Shown here: positions 37,406 to 46,543 of the stretch, one piece after another
Layout: every line of letters begins with the position of its first letter
How positions within the stretch are numbered: position 1 is the first letter of the stretch
Source of the DNA: an uncultured Alphaproteobacteria bacterium
Lineage (GTDB): Bacteria; Pseudomonadota; Alphaproteobacteria; RF32; CAG-239
DNA: 64,000 nt
Reading direction: 5' to 3'
Assembly: GCA_944391425.1 (NCBI GenBank)
Contig: CALXTO010000002.1
Coordinates: forward strand, 5,786 to 69,785
Program-made: the position numbers and the translations under genes
The notes under the pieces: generated by a model
Database searches by the model: none
Seen by the model: only the letters and a program-made list of their open reading frames with translations
Told to the model about the DNA's origin: nothing

Positions 37406-39859
37406 ATGAACGACAGATATAACGGAAAAGAAAGTTTTGAGGAATGGGCCGAAGAATGGCGGATGGAAGACCGCTACAATTTCAAGGCGATTGAAAAAAA
37501 ATGGCAGGCAATCTGGGATAAGGAAAAAGCCTACAAGGTTGAAATCGATAAGAACAAAGAGAAGTTTTATGCTCTGGTAGAGTTTCCGTATCCGTCCGGC
37601 GCCGGGTTGCATGTGGGGCATCCGCGTTCATACACGGCTTTGGACGTTATTGCCCGCAAAAAAAGAATGCAGGGATTTAATGTTTTATATCCGATGGGTT
37701 TTGACGCTTTCGGTCTGCCGGCGGAAAACTATGCGATTAAGACCGGCGTGCATCCGGCGGTTTCAACCCAGGCCAATATCAAAACTTTTACCAAGCAGTT
37801 GAAATCTTTAGGGTTCAGTTTTGACTGGGACAGATGTATCGACACGTCTTCTCCGGAATATTATAAATGGACACAGTGGATGTTTATCAAGTTCTTTGAG
37901 AAAGGCTTGGCTTACAAAGATAAAATTGCCATCAACTGGTGTCCGTCCTGTAAAGTAGGCCTGGCCAACGAAGAAGTCGTCAACGGACATTGCGAGCGCT
38001 GCGGCGCCGAGGTAGTGCGCAAAAACAAAGAGCAGTGGATGATTGCAATTACCAAGTATGCCGACCGCCTGATTAATGATTTGCAGGATTTGGATTTTAT
38101 TGACCGTGTCAAAGCGCAGCAAATTAACTGGATCGGCCGTTCGGAAGGTGCGGAACTGGATTTTGAATTCGGCGAGGACAAGCTGACGGTGTTTACGACC
38201 CGGCCGGATACGGCTTTCGGCGTAACTTATATGGTTTTGGCGCCGGAGCATGCGTTTGTGCAGAAATATATGGATCGTTTTGAAAATCCGGACGAAGTTC
38301 GGGCTTATGTAGAGGCAACGGCCAAAAAGTCTGATTTGCAGCGTACAATGGACGACAGCAAAACCGGTGTTGAACTGAAAGGTATGAAAGCCAAAAACCC
38401 CTATACGGGCGATATGATTCCGGTGTTTATTTCCGACTATGTTCTGACCGGATACGGAACCGGCGCGATTATGGCGGTGCCGGCGCATGACCAGCGCGAT
38501 TACGATTTTGCCAAAGTATTCCATCTGCCGATTATCCAGGTTTTGGAAGGCGGGGATATATCCGAAAAAGCCTGGGAGGAAGACGGTGCCCATATTAATT
38601 CCGGCTTTATGAACGGTATGAACAAAGAAGACGGCATGAAAGCCGCCATTGATTATGCCGTCAAAAACGGGTTCGGGCGCTCAAAAGTTAATTTCAAACT
38701 GCGTGACTGGGTGTTTTCCCGCCAGCGTTACTGGGGGGAGCCGATTCCGATGGTTTATTGCGAAAAATGCGGTTGGCAGCCCATTCCGGAATCCGAACTG
38801 CCGCTGACTTTGCCGGAAGTTCCCGATTATCATCCCAATGATGAGGGAGAATCTCCGCTGTCTAAAGCCGGTGAATGGCTAAATGCGACTTGTCCGAAAT
38901 GCGGCGGTCATGCACGGCGGGAAACGGACACTATGCCCAACTGGGCGGGATCTTCGTGGTATTTCCTGCGTTATTGCGATCCGCATAATGACAAGGAATT
39001 TGCCTCCAAAGAAGCGTTGGACTATTGGATGAATGTTGACTGGTACAACGGCGGCATGGAACACACCACCCTGCACCTGCTGTATTCGCGCTTTTGGCAC
39101 AAATTCCTGTATGACTACGGTTTGGTGCCGACCAAAGAGCCTTACAACAAGAGAACGTCGCACGGAATGATTTTGGCCGAAAACGGTGAAAAAATGTCTA
39201 AGTCCCGCGGCAATGTCATTAATCCGGACGATATTGTTGCAGCATACGGCGCGGACACTTTTCGTCTGTATGAGATGTTTATCGGGCCGTTTGACCAGGT
39301 CGCGATGTGGTCGGACGAAAGTCTGATGGGCGTTTACCGTTTTGTCAGCAAAGTCTATGGATTGTTCAGAAAAGTCTATAAAGATGCTGTGCCCGGCGAA
39401 AAAGATTTGCGCGCGATGCACAAATGTATTTTGGAGGTGACGGAACGTATTGATCAGATGAAGTTTAATACGGCGGTATCCTCATTAATGACTTATGTCA
39501 ATTATCTGTCGGGAATGGAAAAAGTTCCTGCGGAAATGTATGCGGTTTTACTGAAGCTGATGGCGCCGTTTACACCGCATCTGGCGGAAGAAATGTGGGC
39601 GCGCATGGGATATTCCAGTTTGATAATTATGGAAAGCTGGCCTGTCGGAGATGCCAAACTGGCGGAAGACAACCGCGTTACTTATGCCGTTCAGGTTTGC
39701 GGCAAACTGCGCGGTACGGTTGAGCTGCCGAAAGGCGTTGCCCGCGAAGAAGCCGAAAAGGCAGCTCTGTCATTGGATAATGTCAAACGGCAGACGGAAG
39801 GCAAGGATATCCGCAAAATCATTGTGGTGCCGGATAAAATCGTCAACATTATTGTCTGA
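37406..39859 (+). CDS. leuS: Leucine--tRNA ligase (Clostridia-like type; alternative start at 37463)
   Basis: FPYPSGAGLHVGH (HIGH), KMSKS, editing motifs FTTRPDT and GTGAIMAVPAHDQRD. Confidence 0.97.
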   Translation: MNDRYNGKESFEEWAEEWRMEDRYNFKAIEKKWQAIWDKEKAYKVEIDKNKEKFYALVEFPYPSGAGLHVGHPRSYTALDVIARKKRMQGFNVLYPMGFDAFGLPAENYAIKTGVHPAVSTQANIKTFTKQLKSLGFSFDWDRCIDTSSPEYYKWTQWMFIKFFEKGLAYKDKIAINWCPSCKVGLANEEVVNGHCERCGAEVVRKNKEQWMIAITKYADRLINDLQDLDFIDRVKAQQINWIGRSEGAELDFEFGEDKLTVFTTRPDTAFGVTYMVLAPEHAFVQKYMDRFENPDEVRAYVEATAKKSDLQRTMDDSKTGVELKGMKAKNPYTGDMIPVFISDYVLTGYGTGAIMAVPAHDQRDYDFAKVFHLPIIQVLEGGDISEKAWEEDGAHINSGFMNGMNKEDGMKAAIDYAVKNGFGRSKVNFKLRDWVFSRQRYWGEPIPMVYCEKCGWQPIPESELPLTLPEVPDYHPNDEGESPLSKAGEWLNATCPKCGGHARRETDTMPNWAGSSWYFLRYCDPHNDKEFASKEALDYWMNVDWYNGGMEHTTLHLLYSRFWHKFLYDYGLVPTKEPYNKRTSHGMILAENGEKMSKSRGNVINPDDIVAAYGADTFRLYEMFIGPFDQVAMWSDESLMGVYRFVSKVYGLFRKVYKDAVPGEKDLRAMHKCILEVTERIDQMKFNTAVSSLMTYVNYLSGMEKVPAEMYAVLLKLMAPFTPHLAEEMWARMGYSSLIIMESWPVGDAKLAEDNRVTYAVQVCGKLRGTVELPKGVAREEAEKAALSLDNVKRQTEGKDIRKIIVVPDKIVNIIV

Positions 39860-39869
39860 GGAATTGCGC

Positions 39870-40418
39870 ATGAGAAACGTCGGCGTTGCTGTTTTGCTTT
39901 TGCTGCTGGGGGCTTGTGGTTTTGAGCCTTTGTACGTGCAGCGGAAAAGTTCCGGTCTGTGGTATTTTGACGGAACTTTCGACACCTCCATCAGTTCTCA
40001 AATGGCTCAAATCAAAATTGATCCGATTGCAAACCGTTTCGGGCAGCAACTGCGCAACAGTTTGTTGGATTTGATTACGCCGCAAGGAGCTCCTAAAAAT
40101 CCGAAATATCATTTGTCGGTTTCCCTGCGCAGCCGGAATGTTGTTCAGCAGGCGATGCGCGACGATATTACGGCAACGAGCGAAAGAGTTTCTTATGTCG
40201 TCGACTACAGTCTGTGGCAGAACAATGAAGAATGTTTGAAAGGCGACAGCGTTGCCTATGTCAGTTATGACATTATGGCGAATCCGTATTCAACGACAAT
40301 GGCTCAGAAAAAGACGGAAGCCGATGCCGCCAAGATTATTGCCAATGATATTGCATTGCGTTTGGGCGCATATTTCCATTCGCAGATGAAAGAAAAAGGC
40401 CCGAATCATGCTTTTTAA
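39870..40418 (+). CDS. lptE: LPS assembly lipoprotein LptE
   Basis: Lipobox LGAC-GF.PLY; lies between leuS and holA. Confidence 0.85.
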   Translation: MRNVGVAVLLLLLGACGFEPLYVQRKSSGLWYFDGTFDTSISSQMAQIKIDPIANRFGQQLRNSLLDLITPQGAPKNPKYHLSVSLRSRNVVQQAMRDDITATSERVSYVVDYSLWQNNEECLKGDSVAYVSYDIMANPYSTTMAQKKTEADAAKIIANDIALRLGAYFHSQMKEKGPNHAF

Positions 40419-41442
40419 GGCCGCCCAGTTTGATAAATATATCAAAAAAAACGATCCGGATATCAGAGTTTTTATCGTCTATGGCAGTAATGAGGGCTTG
40501 GTTGCCGAATATGTCAAAAAGCTGGTCGGCACGGTATCTGCCGATTTGTATGATCCGTTTGCGGTTGTTTACCTGAACGGGGCGGATGTCAACGCTGATC
40601 CCGGTGTTTTGTTTGCGGAATACAGCAGCCGTTCTTTGATGGGCGGCCGGCGGGTAATTGTAGTGCGCGATGCCGACAATAATCTGACCAAACATATCAA
40701 GTATCTTCTGGAGAATCTGAAATCCGACACGCTGGTTGTCATAACTTCGTCGTCCCTGAATAAGAAATCTTCGCTGGTTTCTTTGGGGGAGAGCAATGCC
40801 GAGGCGGCTGTTTTGGCTTGTTACGAAGACCGAGATGAAGATATATTTGCTACGGCACGCAGTCTTTTTATCGAGAACGGACTGACAATAAACAGCGAGG
40901 CTTTGCAGCTGTTGTGTTCGCGGCTTTCCAATGACCGCAAATCGAGTTTGGGCGAGATAGAGAAGCTGATTACCTATATGGGCGATAAAAAGAACGTGAC
41001 GACGGAAGATGTTCGGACCGTTATTGCCGACCAGTCGGCGTCTAACAGCGAAGATGTTTGTTATTATGCCGCGGGCGGCTATGCGGATAAGGCCCAAGCT
41101 GCTTTGCAGAAGCTTTTTAATGAAGGCGAAGAGCCGGTTTCAATCACCCGAGCTTTGAGTTATCATTTTAGCCGTCTGCTGGCCTGCAAAGGCTTTATGG
41201 AAAAAGGCGAACCTTTGGACAAGGCTGTCGGAAAATTGGTTCCGAGGGTTATTTTTTACCGGGAATCGAGTTTTAAACGACAGGTAGCCTTGTGGCCGAA
41301 AGAAAGGATATATTCGGTTTTGGAATTATTGTATAAATGTGAAAAAGACTGCAAAACTACCAATATGCCGGCGGCCGAAGTTCTCAGTTATGCTTTGATG
41401 CAGATTTCTTCCGCTGCTGCCCGCCTGGGTAAAGCGGTTTGA
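40408..41442 (+). CDS. holA: DNA polymerase III delta subunit
   Basis: YG.NEGLV, SLMGGRRVI, CYED, EIEKL..Y; leuS-lptE-holA synteny. Confidence 0.92.
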   Translation: MLFKAAQFDKYIKKNDPDIRVFIVYGSNEGLVAEYVKKLVGTVSADLYDPFAVVYLNGADVNADPGVLFAEYSSRSLMGGRRVIVVRDADNNLTKHIKYLLENLKSDTLVVITSSSLNKKSSLVSLGESNAEAAVLACYEDRDEDIFATARSLFIENGLTINSEALQLLCSRLSNDRKSSLGEIEKLITYMGDKKNVTTEDVRTVIADQSASNSEDVCYYAAGGYADKAQAALQKLFNEGEEPVSITRALSYHFSRLLACKGFMEKGEPLDKAVGKLVPRVIFYRESSFKRQVALWPKERIYSVLELLYKCEKDCKTTNMPAAEVLSYALMQISSAAARLGKAV

Positions 41443-41476
41443 TTTTGCGGCTTTACCCGAGGCAGGGTGTGTTTGT

Positions 41477-41698
41477 TTAATTCATTTTGTGGTTGATTGC
41501 TTCACGCAGCGAACATGACGGAACAAAAACCATCGCCAAAGCTGACAAACCGATTAATACGTAGAGGATGCGGCTGAGGACGCTCATCGGGCCGAAAAGA
41601 AAAGCGACGAGGTCGAATTCGAAAGCGCCGACCAGACCCCAGTTGAGGCCGCCGACGATTGTCAGAATTAAAGCCAGATTATGCCAGAAAGCATTCAT
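41477..41698 (-). CDS. DUF378 family small membrane protein
   Basis: IVGGLNWGLVG.F.FDLV..LFG..S..SRI.Y.LIG. Confidence 0.9.
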   Translation of the reverse strand: MNAFWHNLALILTIVGGLNWGLVGAFEFDLVAFLFGPMSVLSRILYVLIGLSALAMVFVPSCSLREAINHKMN

Positions 41699-41783
41699 TT
41701 TAAATCTCCTTTGCAATTGTTTAACAGATACGGTTAAGATATAAATGCGAAAAAGAGAGTTTCAAGCGGAGAGGGGCTTTTTA

Positions 41784-42560
41784 ATGTACAGTAACAAGTT
41801 TAAAACCTTTATTCAGATATGGCAGAAGGATTTTGCCATTGAGAGAACGATTGATGAGAGAGTCTGTCTGGATAAGGACGGTCATCCCCTGCCATGGTAT
41901 ACTTATCCGGCAATCGAATATTTGCGGCAGTTTGACTACAAAGAAAAGAAAATATTTGAATTCGGATGCGGGATGTCTTCTTTGTTTTGGGCGATGCGGG
42001 CAAAAAAAGTCGTCAGTGTGGAGGATAATCCCGAGTGGTTTGCAAAATGGCAAAAAGAATTTAATATGCCTAATCTGGAAGTTCGTTGCCGTTCGTCTGA
42101 TAATTTGTATGAAAGAGCCGTTTTTGAAGATGAGGACAGGTATGATGTTATTGTTGTTGACGGCAAACGCCGGGCGGCATGCTGTGAAGCAGCAGTGCGG
42201 AAATTGGCTGACGGAGGCATGATTATTTTAGATGACAGTGATCGTGTTAACACCAGTGCCGAATATATTGCGGCAGTTGCGGCCTTGCAAAGGAGTAATC
42301 TGCTTCAGATTGATTTTTACGGTTTTTGCCCGATGAATAATTATACCAAAACAACGTCTCTGTTTTTGCACCGCGATTTTGATTTTAAAACTTCCGGCGT
42401 ACAACCGGCAAACGGCTGGGGAAATTTATGGTCAATGAGCCGGAAGGAACGTAAAATATTTTACCGAGAGAATGTTTTAGTCGATAACGCCCCAGTTGCC
42501 CGCTACCAAGACCATAATCAGGAGCAGGAAGAAGATCATTGCGAAACCGGCTCGCACTGA
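41784..42560 (+). CDS. Class I SAM-dependent methyltransferase
   Basis: PWYTYPAIEYL, IFEFGCG.SSLFW, VSVED, DVIVVDG..R, GGMIILDDS. Confidence 0.8.
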   Translation: MYSNKFKTFIQIWQKDFAIERTIDERVCLDKDGHPLPWYTYPAIEYLRQFDYKEKKIFEFGCGMSSLFWAMRAKKVVSVEDNPEWFAKWQKEFNMPNLEVRCRSSDNLYERAVFEDEDRYDVIVVDGKRRAACCEAAVRKLADGGMIILDDSDRVNTSAEYIAAVAALQRSNLLQIDFYGFCPMNNYTKTTSLFLHRDFDFKTSGVQPANGWGNLWSMSRKERKIFYRENVLVDNAPVARYQDHNQEQEEDHCETGSH

Positions 42561-43379
42561 AACATTGTCCGGAATTTTATTATATTTGTTCAGCAGAAAT
42601 ACGAAGACCGGTGCCGTCAACAGCAGAGCAATAACATATCCGGGATTGGGAGCAAGACGCATGGCCATGGTTTTGGAGGCAATCAGGGCTGCGGAAAAGC
42701 TGATAATGTAAATTCCGGTGTCGATGATTTTACGGTCAAACACGTTTTTGAAGAAACCGACGAATCCGGGTTTTTCGTATTTGATGTAGAAAATCGTGTT
42801 ATAGACGCCGCTGACAAAAGTGGCGACGACTAAATAATAGGCGATGTTTGCCCATATATTTTGCCCCATCATGGCGATTTCTTTGGTGGCGATGCTCATT
42901 CCCGATAAGGCAAAGACAGCCGGAGCCATGTAGGCGAAAATCGCTTTGCTGACCGGACTTTTTATCATATACCAGTAGCTGACCGTGAAACCGAACAAAA
43001 CAAGCAGCAAGGTTATGAAAACACTGCCGTTTTCGGCAAGATGAAAAAACAGCTGCGGTGTCAGTATCCACCACATGACGGCGGTAATCAGGACCGTTAC
43101 GGCCAGGGTGCGCGATGTCGGTCCGGCGCCGAAGTTGGCAGAGGCAAAGAAAAGGTGAGAATCGTATATGCCGATGAGCCAGCCCTGAAAAATCAGCAAA
43201 AACCAGTTGTAAGCGCTGGTTTGTAACGGCAGGAAAAACAAAAAAGGGAAGAATACCAATGCAATGCCGAAACCGCGCCAAATACCGAGAATATATCCGT
43301 TAAATTTGTGCTTTTGGTTAACCAGCGTGTACAAAGCGTTGAAAAAGCCATAAACCAACCCGTTGATTATCCAAAGCAT
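42477..43379 (-). CDS. DMT/EamA-like 10-TM membrane protein
   Basis: 300 aa, two hydrophobic halves, 'A..LAPNPGYV' motif. Confidence 0.65.
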   Translation of the reverse strand: MLWIINGLVYGFFNALYTLVNQKHKFNGYILGIWRGFGIALVFFPFLFFLPLQTSAYNWFLLIFQGWLIGIYDSHLFFASANFGAGPTSRTLAVTVLITAVMWWILTPQLFFHLAENGSVFITLLLVLFGFTVSYWYMIKSPVSKAIFAYMAPAVFALSGMSIATKEIAMMGQNIWANIAYYLVVATFVSGVYNTIFYIKYEKPGFVGFFKNVFDRKIIDTGIYIISFSAALIASKTMAMRLAPNPGYVIALLLTAPVFVFLLNKYNKIPDNVSVRAGFAMIFFLLLIMVLVAGNWGVID

Positions 43380-43441
43380 CTCTGAAAACTCCGTTAACGT
43401 TTTCTTAGATATAGTTGTCGGTGCCGAAAATTAAAGGTTTC

Positions 43442-44587
43442 TTATGAACAGAGTTTTTCAATCAAGTAATTGAGAAGCAGGAATCCTTGCCGCGTGGCTT
43501 TAAGGGTATGAGCTGTCTCCGTCAGAAGCCTGTTTTTTTGCAGCTCACAAAGAGCAGAACGGTTGATGAAAGAATCCAAGTCCAGACCGCAGCAGCGTCG
43601 GAATTGTTTTTTGCTGATGCCGGCAGTCAGGCGCAATCCCATAAGGACAAGTTCTTCGGCGCGTTCAACAGACGTCAGTTTTTCCAGGATGCGAGGAAAA
43701 GTCTGTGCGTAAATTCCTTCCGGCAGCGTCAGTCGCCCGTGCGCACCTTGACCGATGCCGAGATAATCGTCTCCCTGCCAATAAAGCAGATTATGTCGGC
43801 AAGCGAATCCGGGCTGTGCGTAATTGGAGACTTCATATTGTCCGAATCCTTTATCTGCGGCTGTTAGGGTTGCCATTTGGTAAAATTCCGCCGCTTGTTC
43901 TTCCGCCATGGGTTTGATGCCTTTTTTGGCAAATACAGTCTTTTCTTCGATTGTCAATAGGTAGAGGGAGAGGTGTTTAAGCGGAAAGTTCAGCAGCCGT
44001 TCAAGGTTTTGTTGCCATTTTTTTTCGTCTTGTCCGGGCAAGGCATAAATGAGATCGGCAGAGGCATTGTCAAAAAGGCGGCATACTTCTTCCAGAGCAT
44101 ACAGGGCCTGGGCAGAAGTATGGGTTCGGCCCAAAAATTTCAGCTCTTTGTCGCAGAGAGATTGCACACCTAGAGAAAGCCTGTTAATGCCGGCCTGTTT
44201 TAATTCGGAAAATAAAGTCGGCGTGTGGGTGTTGGGGTTGGCTTCAAGCGAAATTTCAATGTCGGAGGATAGTTTCCAGTTGCGGGCAACGGTATTGAGA
44301 ATTTTTTCAATATTTTGAGGTTTGAGCAGGGAAGGCGTGCCGCCGCCGAAAAAAATGGATGTTACCGTTTTGTGGCCGGTGAATTCGGCATAATAATCCA
44401 AATCATCCAGATATTGCTTAATCAGATCGTCTTGTCCGGCATTTTTTTGAACTTTGCTGAAGAAGTCGCAATAAGGGCATTTGCTGAGGCAAAAAGGCCA
44501 ATGCACATATATTCCGAATGGAAAAGGCTTTTTAATGGAAGCTCTGTTCAGCAGTTCGCTGTCTGAAAATTTTTGCTGTGGTTCCAT
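43442..44587 (-). CDS. hemW: Radical SAM heme chaperone HemW (HemN-like)
   Basis: YVHWPFCLSKCPYCDF, GGGTPS, EANP, YEVSNYA, HNLLYW. Confidence 0.9.
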   Translation of the reverse strand: MEPQQKFSDSELLNRASIKKPFPFGIYVHWPFCLSKCPYCDFFSKVQKNAGQDDLIKQYLDDLDYYAEFTGHKTVTSIFFGGGTPSLLKPQNIEKILNTVARNWKLSSDIEISLEANPNTHTPTLFSELKQAGINRLSLGVQSLCDKELKFLGRTHTSAQALYALEEVCRLFDNASADLIYALPGQDEKKWQQNLERLLNFPLKHLSLYLLTIEEKTVFAKKGIKPMAEEQAAEFYQMATLTAADKGFGQYEVSNYAQPGFACRHNLLYWQGDDYLGIGQGAHGRLTLPEGIYAQTFPRILEKLTSVERAEELVLMGLRLTAGISKKQFRRCCGLDLDSFINRSALCELQKNRLLTETAHTLKATRQGFLLLNYLIEKLCS

Positions 44588-44591
44588 CTTT

Positions 44592-45899
44592 CTACAGGAT
44601 AAATTTTGACAGGTCGCCAGCTTCGGTATACTTATGCAGTCTTTCTTCGACAAATTCGGGGGTGATGACGGCTGTTTCTCCGCTTTTATCGGGAGCATAG
44701 TAGCTGATGTCTTCAAGCAGAATTTCCAAGACCGTATGCAGTCGGCGCGCACCGATGTTTTCGACGTTTTCATTGATGGAAACGGCAATATCGGCAATCT
44801 TGTCTATGGCTTCCGGACGGAATTCCAAACGGAAATTTTCGGTTCCGAGCAGAGCCGTGTATTGTTCGATGAGATTGGCTTCCGGTTCGGTAAGAATGCG
44901 GACGAAGTCATTGTGCGTGAGGGCTTTCAGTTCAACGCGGATCGGTAGGCGGCCCTGAAGTTCAGGCAACAGGTCCGACGGTTTGGCAAGATGAAAAGCG
45001 CCGGAACAGATAAACAAAATATGGTCGGTTTTGACCATGCCGTATTTTGTGCTTACGGTAGTGCCTTCAATCAGGGGCAACAGGTCGCGCTGGACGCCTT
45101 CGCGGGAAACATCGCCACGGCTGCCGTCGGATTTTCCGGTGATCTTGTCAATCTCGTCAATAAAGACAATACCGTCGTTTTCCACGGCTTTGATTGCTTC
45201 GCGGGTAACGGTTTCATTGTCCAGGAGCTTGTCGCTTTCTTCATCAATTAGGAGTTTGCGGGCTTCCCTGACCGTCAGTTTGCGGGTTTTGTATTTTTGC
45301 GGAGAACCGCCAAGCAAATCACCCAGACTAATCATGCCCATGGAGGCTCCGGGCATTCCGGGGATGTCTATGGTCGGCATGGAGGCATTGGAGTTATCAA
45401 GGAGAGAAATTTCGATTTCCTTGTCGTCCAATTTCTTTTCACGAAGGAGCTGGCGGAACTTTTGCTTGGTTTCATCCCCGGCGGATAAGCCGACCAAAAC
45501 TTCCAGCAGGCGTTCTTCGGCTCCTTCTTCGGCTTTGGCACAGACCTGCCGCCGCAGCCTTTGGCGGGTGTCGTTGAGAGCAATTTCCAACAAATCGCGA
45601 ATGATGCTTTCAACATCGCGACCGACATAGCCGATTTCGGTAAACTTGGTCGCTTCAACTTTGATGAATGGCGCTTTGGCTAATTTAGCCAGCCGTCGGG
45701 AGATTTCAGTTTTGCCAACCCCGGTCGGTCCAACCATCAAAATGTTTTTGGGAACAATTTCTTCTTTGAGCTTGTCAGAGAGCTGCATCCGCCGCCAGCG
45801 GTTTCGCAAAGCAATGGCGACGGCTTTTTTGGCATCTTCTTGTCCGATAATATATTTATCGAGTTCGGAGACGATTTCGCGGGGGCTGAAACTAGTCAT
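44592..45899 (-). CDS. hslU: ATP-dependent protease ATPase subunit HslU
   Basis: [34 protein letters not shown]. Confidence 0.97.
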   Translation of the reverse strand: MTSFSPREIVSELDKYIIGQEDAKKAVAIALRNRWRRMQLSDKLKEEIVPKNILMVGPTGVGKTEISRRLAKLAKAPFIKVEATKFTEIGYVGRDVESIIRDLLEIALNDTRQRLRRQVCAKAEEGAEERLLEVLVGLSAGDETKQKFRQLLREKKLDDKEIEISLLDNSNASMPTIDIPGMPGASMGMISLGDLLGGSPQKYKTRKLTVREARKLLIDEESDKLLDNETVTREAIKAVENDGIVFIDEIDKITGKSDGSRGDVSREGVQRDLLPLIEGTTVSTKYGMVKTDHILFICSGAFHLAKPSDLLPELQGRLPIRVELKALTHNDFVRILTEPEANLIEQYTALLGTENFRLEFRPEAIDKIADIAVSINENVENIGARRLHTVLEILLEDISYYAPDKSGETAVITPEFVEERLHKYTEAGDLSKFIL

Positions 45900-46425
45900 T
45901 TTTAATACTTTCAATGATTACGTTATGATTGGTGTAGACATCTATGTCGCCGGCAATTTGCATGGCTTTGCGGGCAATATCTTCCAGCGACAGTTCCGGA
46001 ATGTCATAAAGGGCTTTGGCTGCAGCCATGGCATAATTGCCTCCGGAACCGATGCCGATGATGCCGTCGTCAGGTTCCATGACTTCTCCGGTGCCGGAAA
46101 TGACCAGGGATGTTTCTTTGTCGGCAACAATCATAAAAGCCTGCAGTTGGCGCAAATATTTGTCCATCCGCCAGTCCTTGGCGAGTTCTACTGCGGCGCG
46201 TTTGAGTTGGTTGGCGTGTTTTTCCAATTTTGCTTCCAGCCGTTCAATCAGGGTTATGCCGTCGGCAGCTGCGCCGGCAAATCCGGCGATAATATTGTTG
46301 TTTCCGCCGATACGCCTCACTTTGACGGATTTTGATTTAAAAATTACCGCTTCACCCAGAGTTGCCTGTCCGTCTCCGGCCATAACCACTTCCTTTCCTT
46401 TGCGGATGCATAGAATTGTTGTCAT
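45892..46425 (-). CDS. hslV: ATP-dependent protease subunit HslV
   Basis: N-terminal [23 protein letters not shown]. Confidence 0.97.
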   Translation of the reverse strand: MTTILCIRKGKEVVMAGDGQATLGEAVIFKSKSVKVRRIGGNNNIIAGFAGAAADGITLIERLEAKLEKHANQLKRAAVELAKDWRMDKYLRQLQAFMIVADKETSLVISGTGEVMEPDDGIIGIGSGGNYAMAAAKALYDIPELSLEDIARKAMQIAGDIDVYTNHNVIIESIKND

Positions 46426-46543
46426 TTCGGATATCCTTTTTATTTCATCTGGATTTATATTTAGGTAAAAATCTTTTTAATTGCAAGCCGTCGGTACAAA
46501 AAACGCCCGGTTTGTTTATCCGGGCGTTGGAGGCTTGATGCGG

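Noticed and set aside
41720-41740. Possible CtrA box (TTAA...TTAA)
   Set aside because: Spacing is 9 nt, not the canonical 7
43442-44587. HemN as evidence of heme biosynthesis
   Set aside because: Short form with the HNxxYW motif indicates the HemW chaperone, not coproporphyrinogen dehydrogenase
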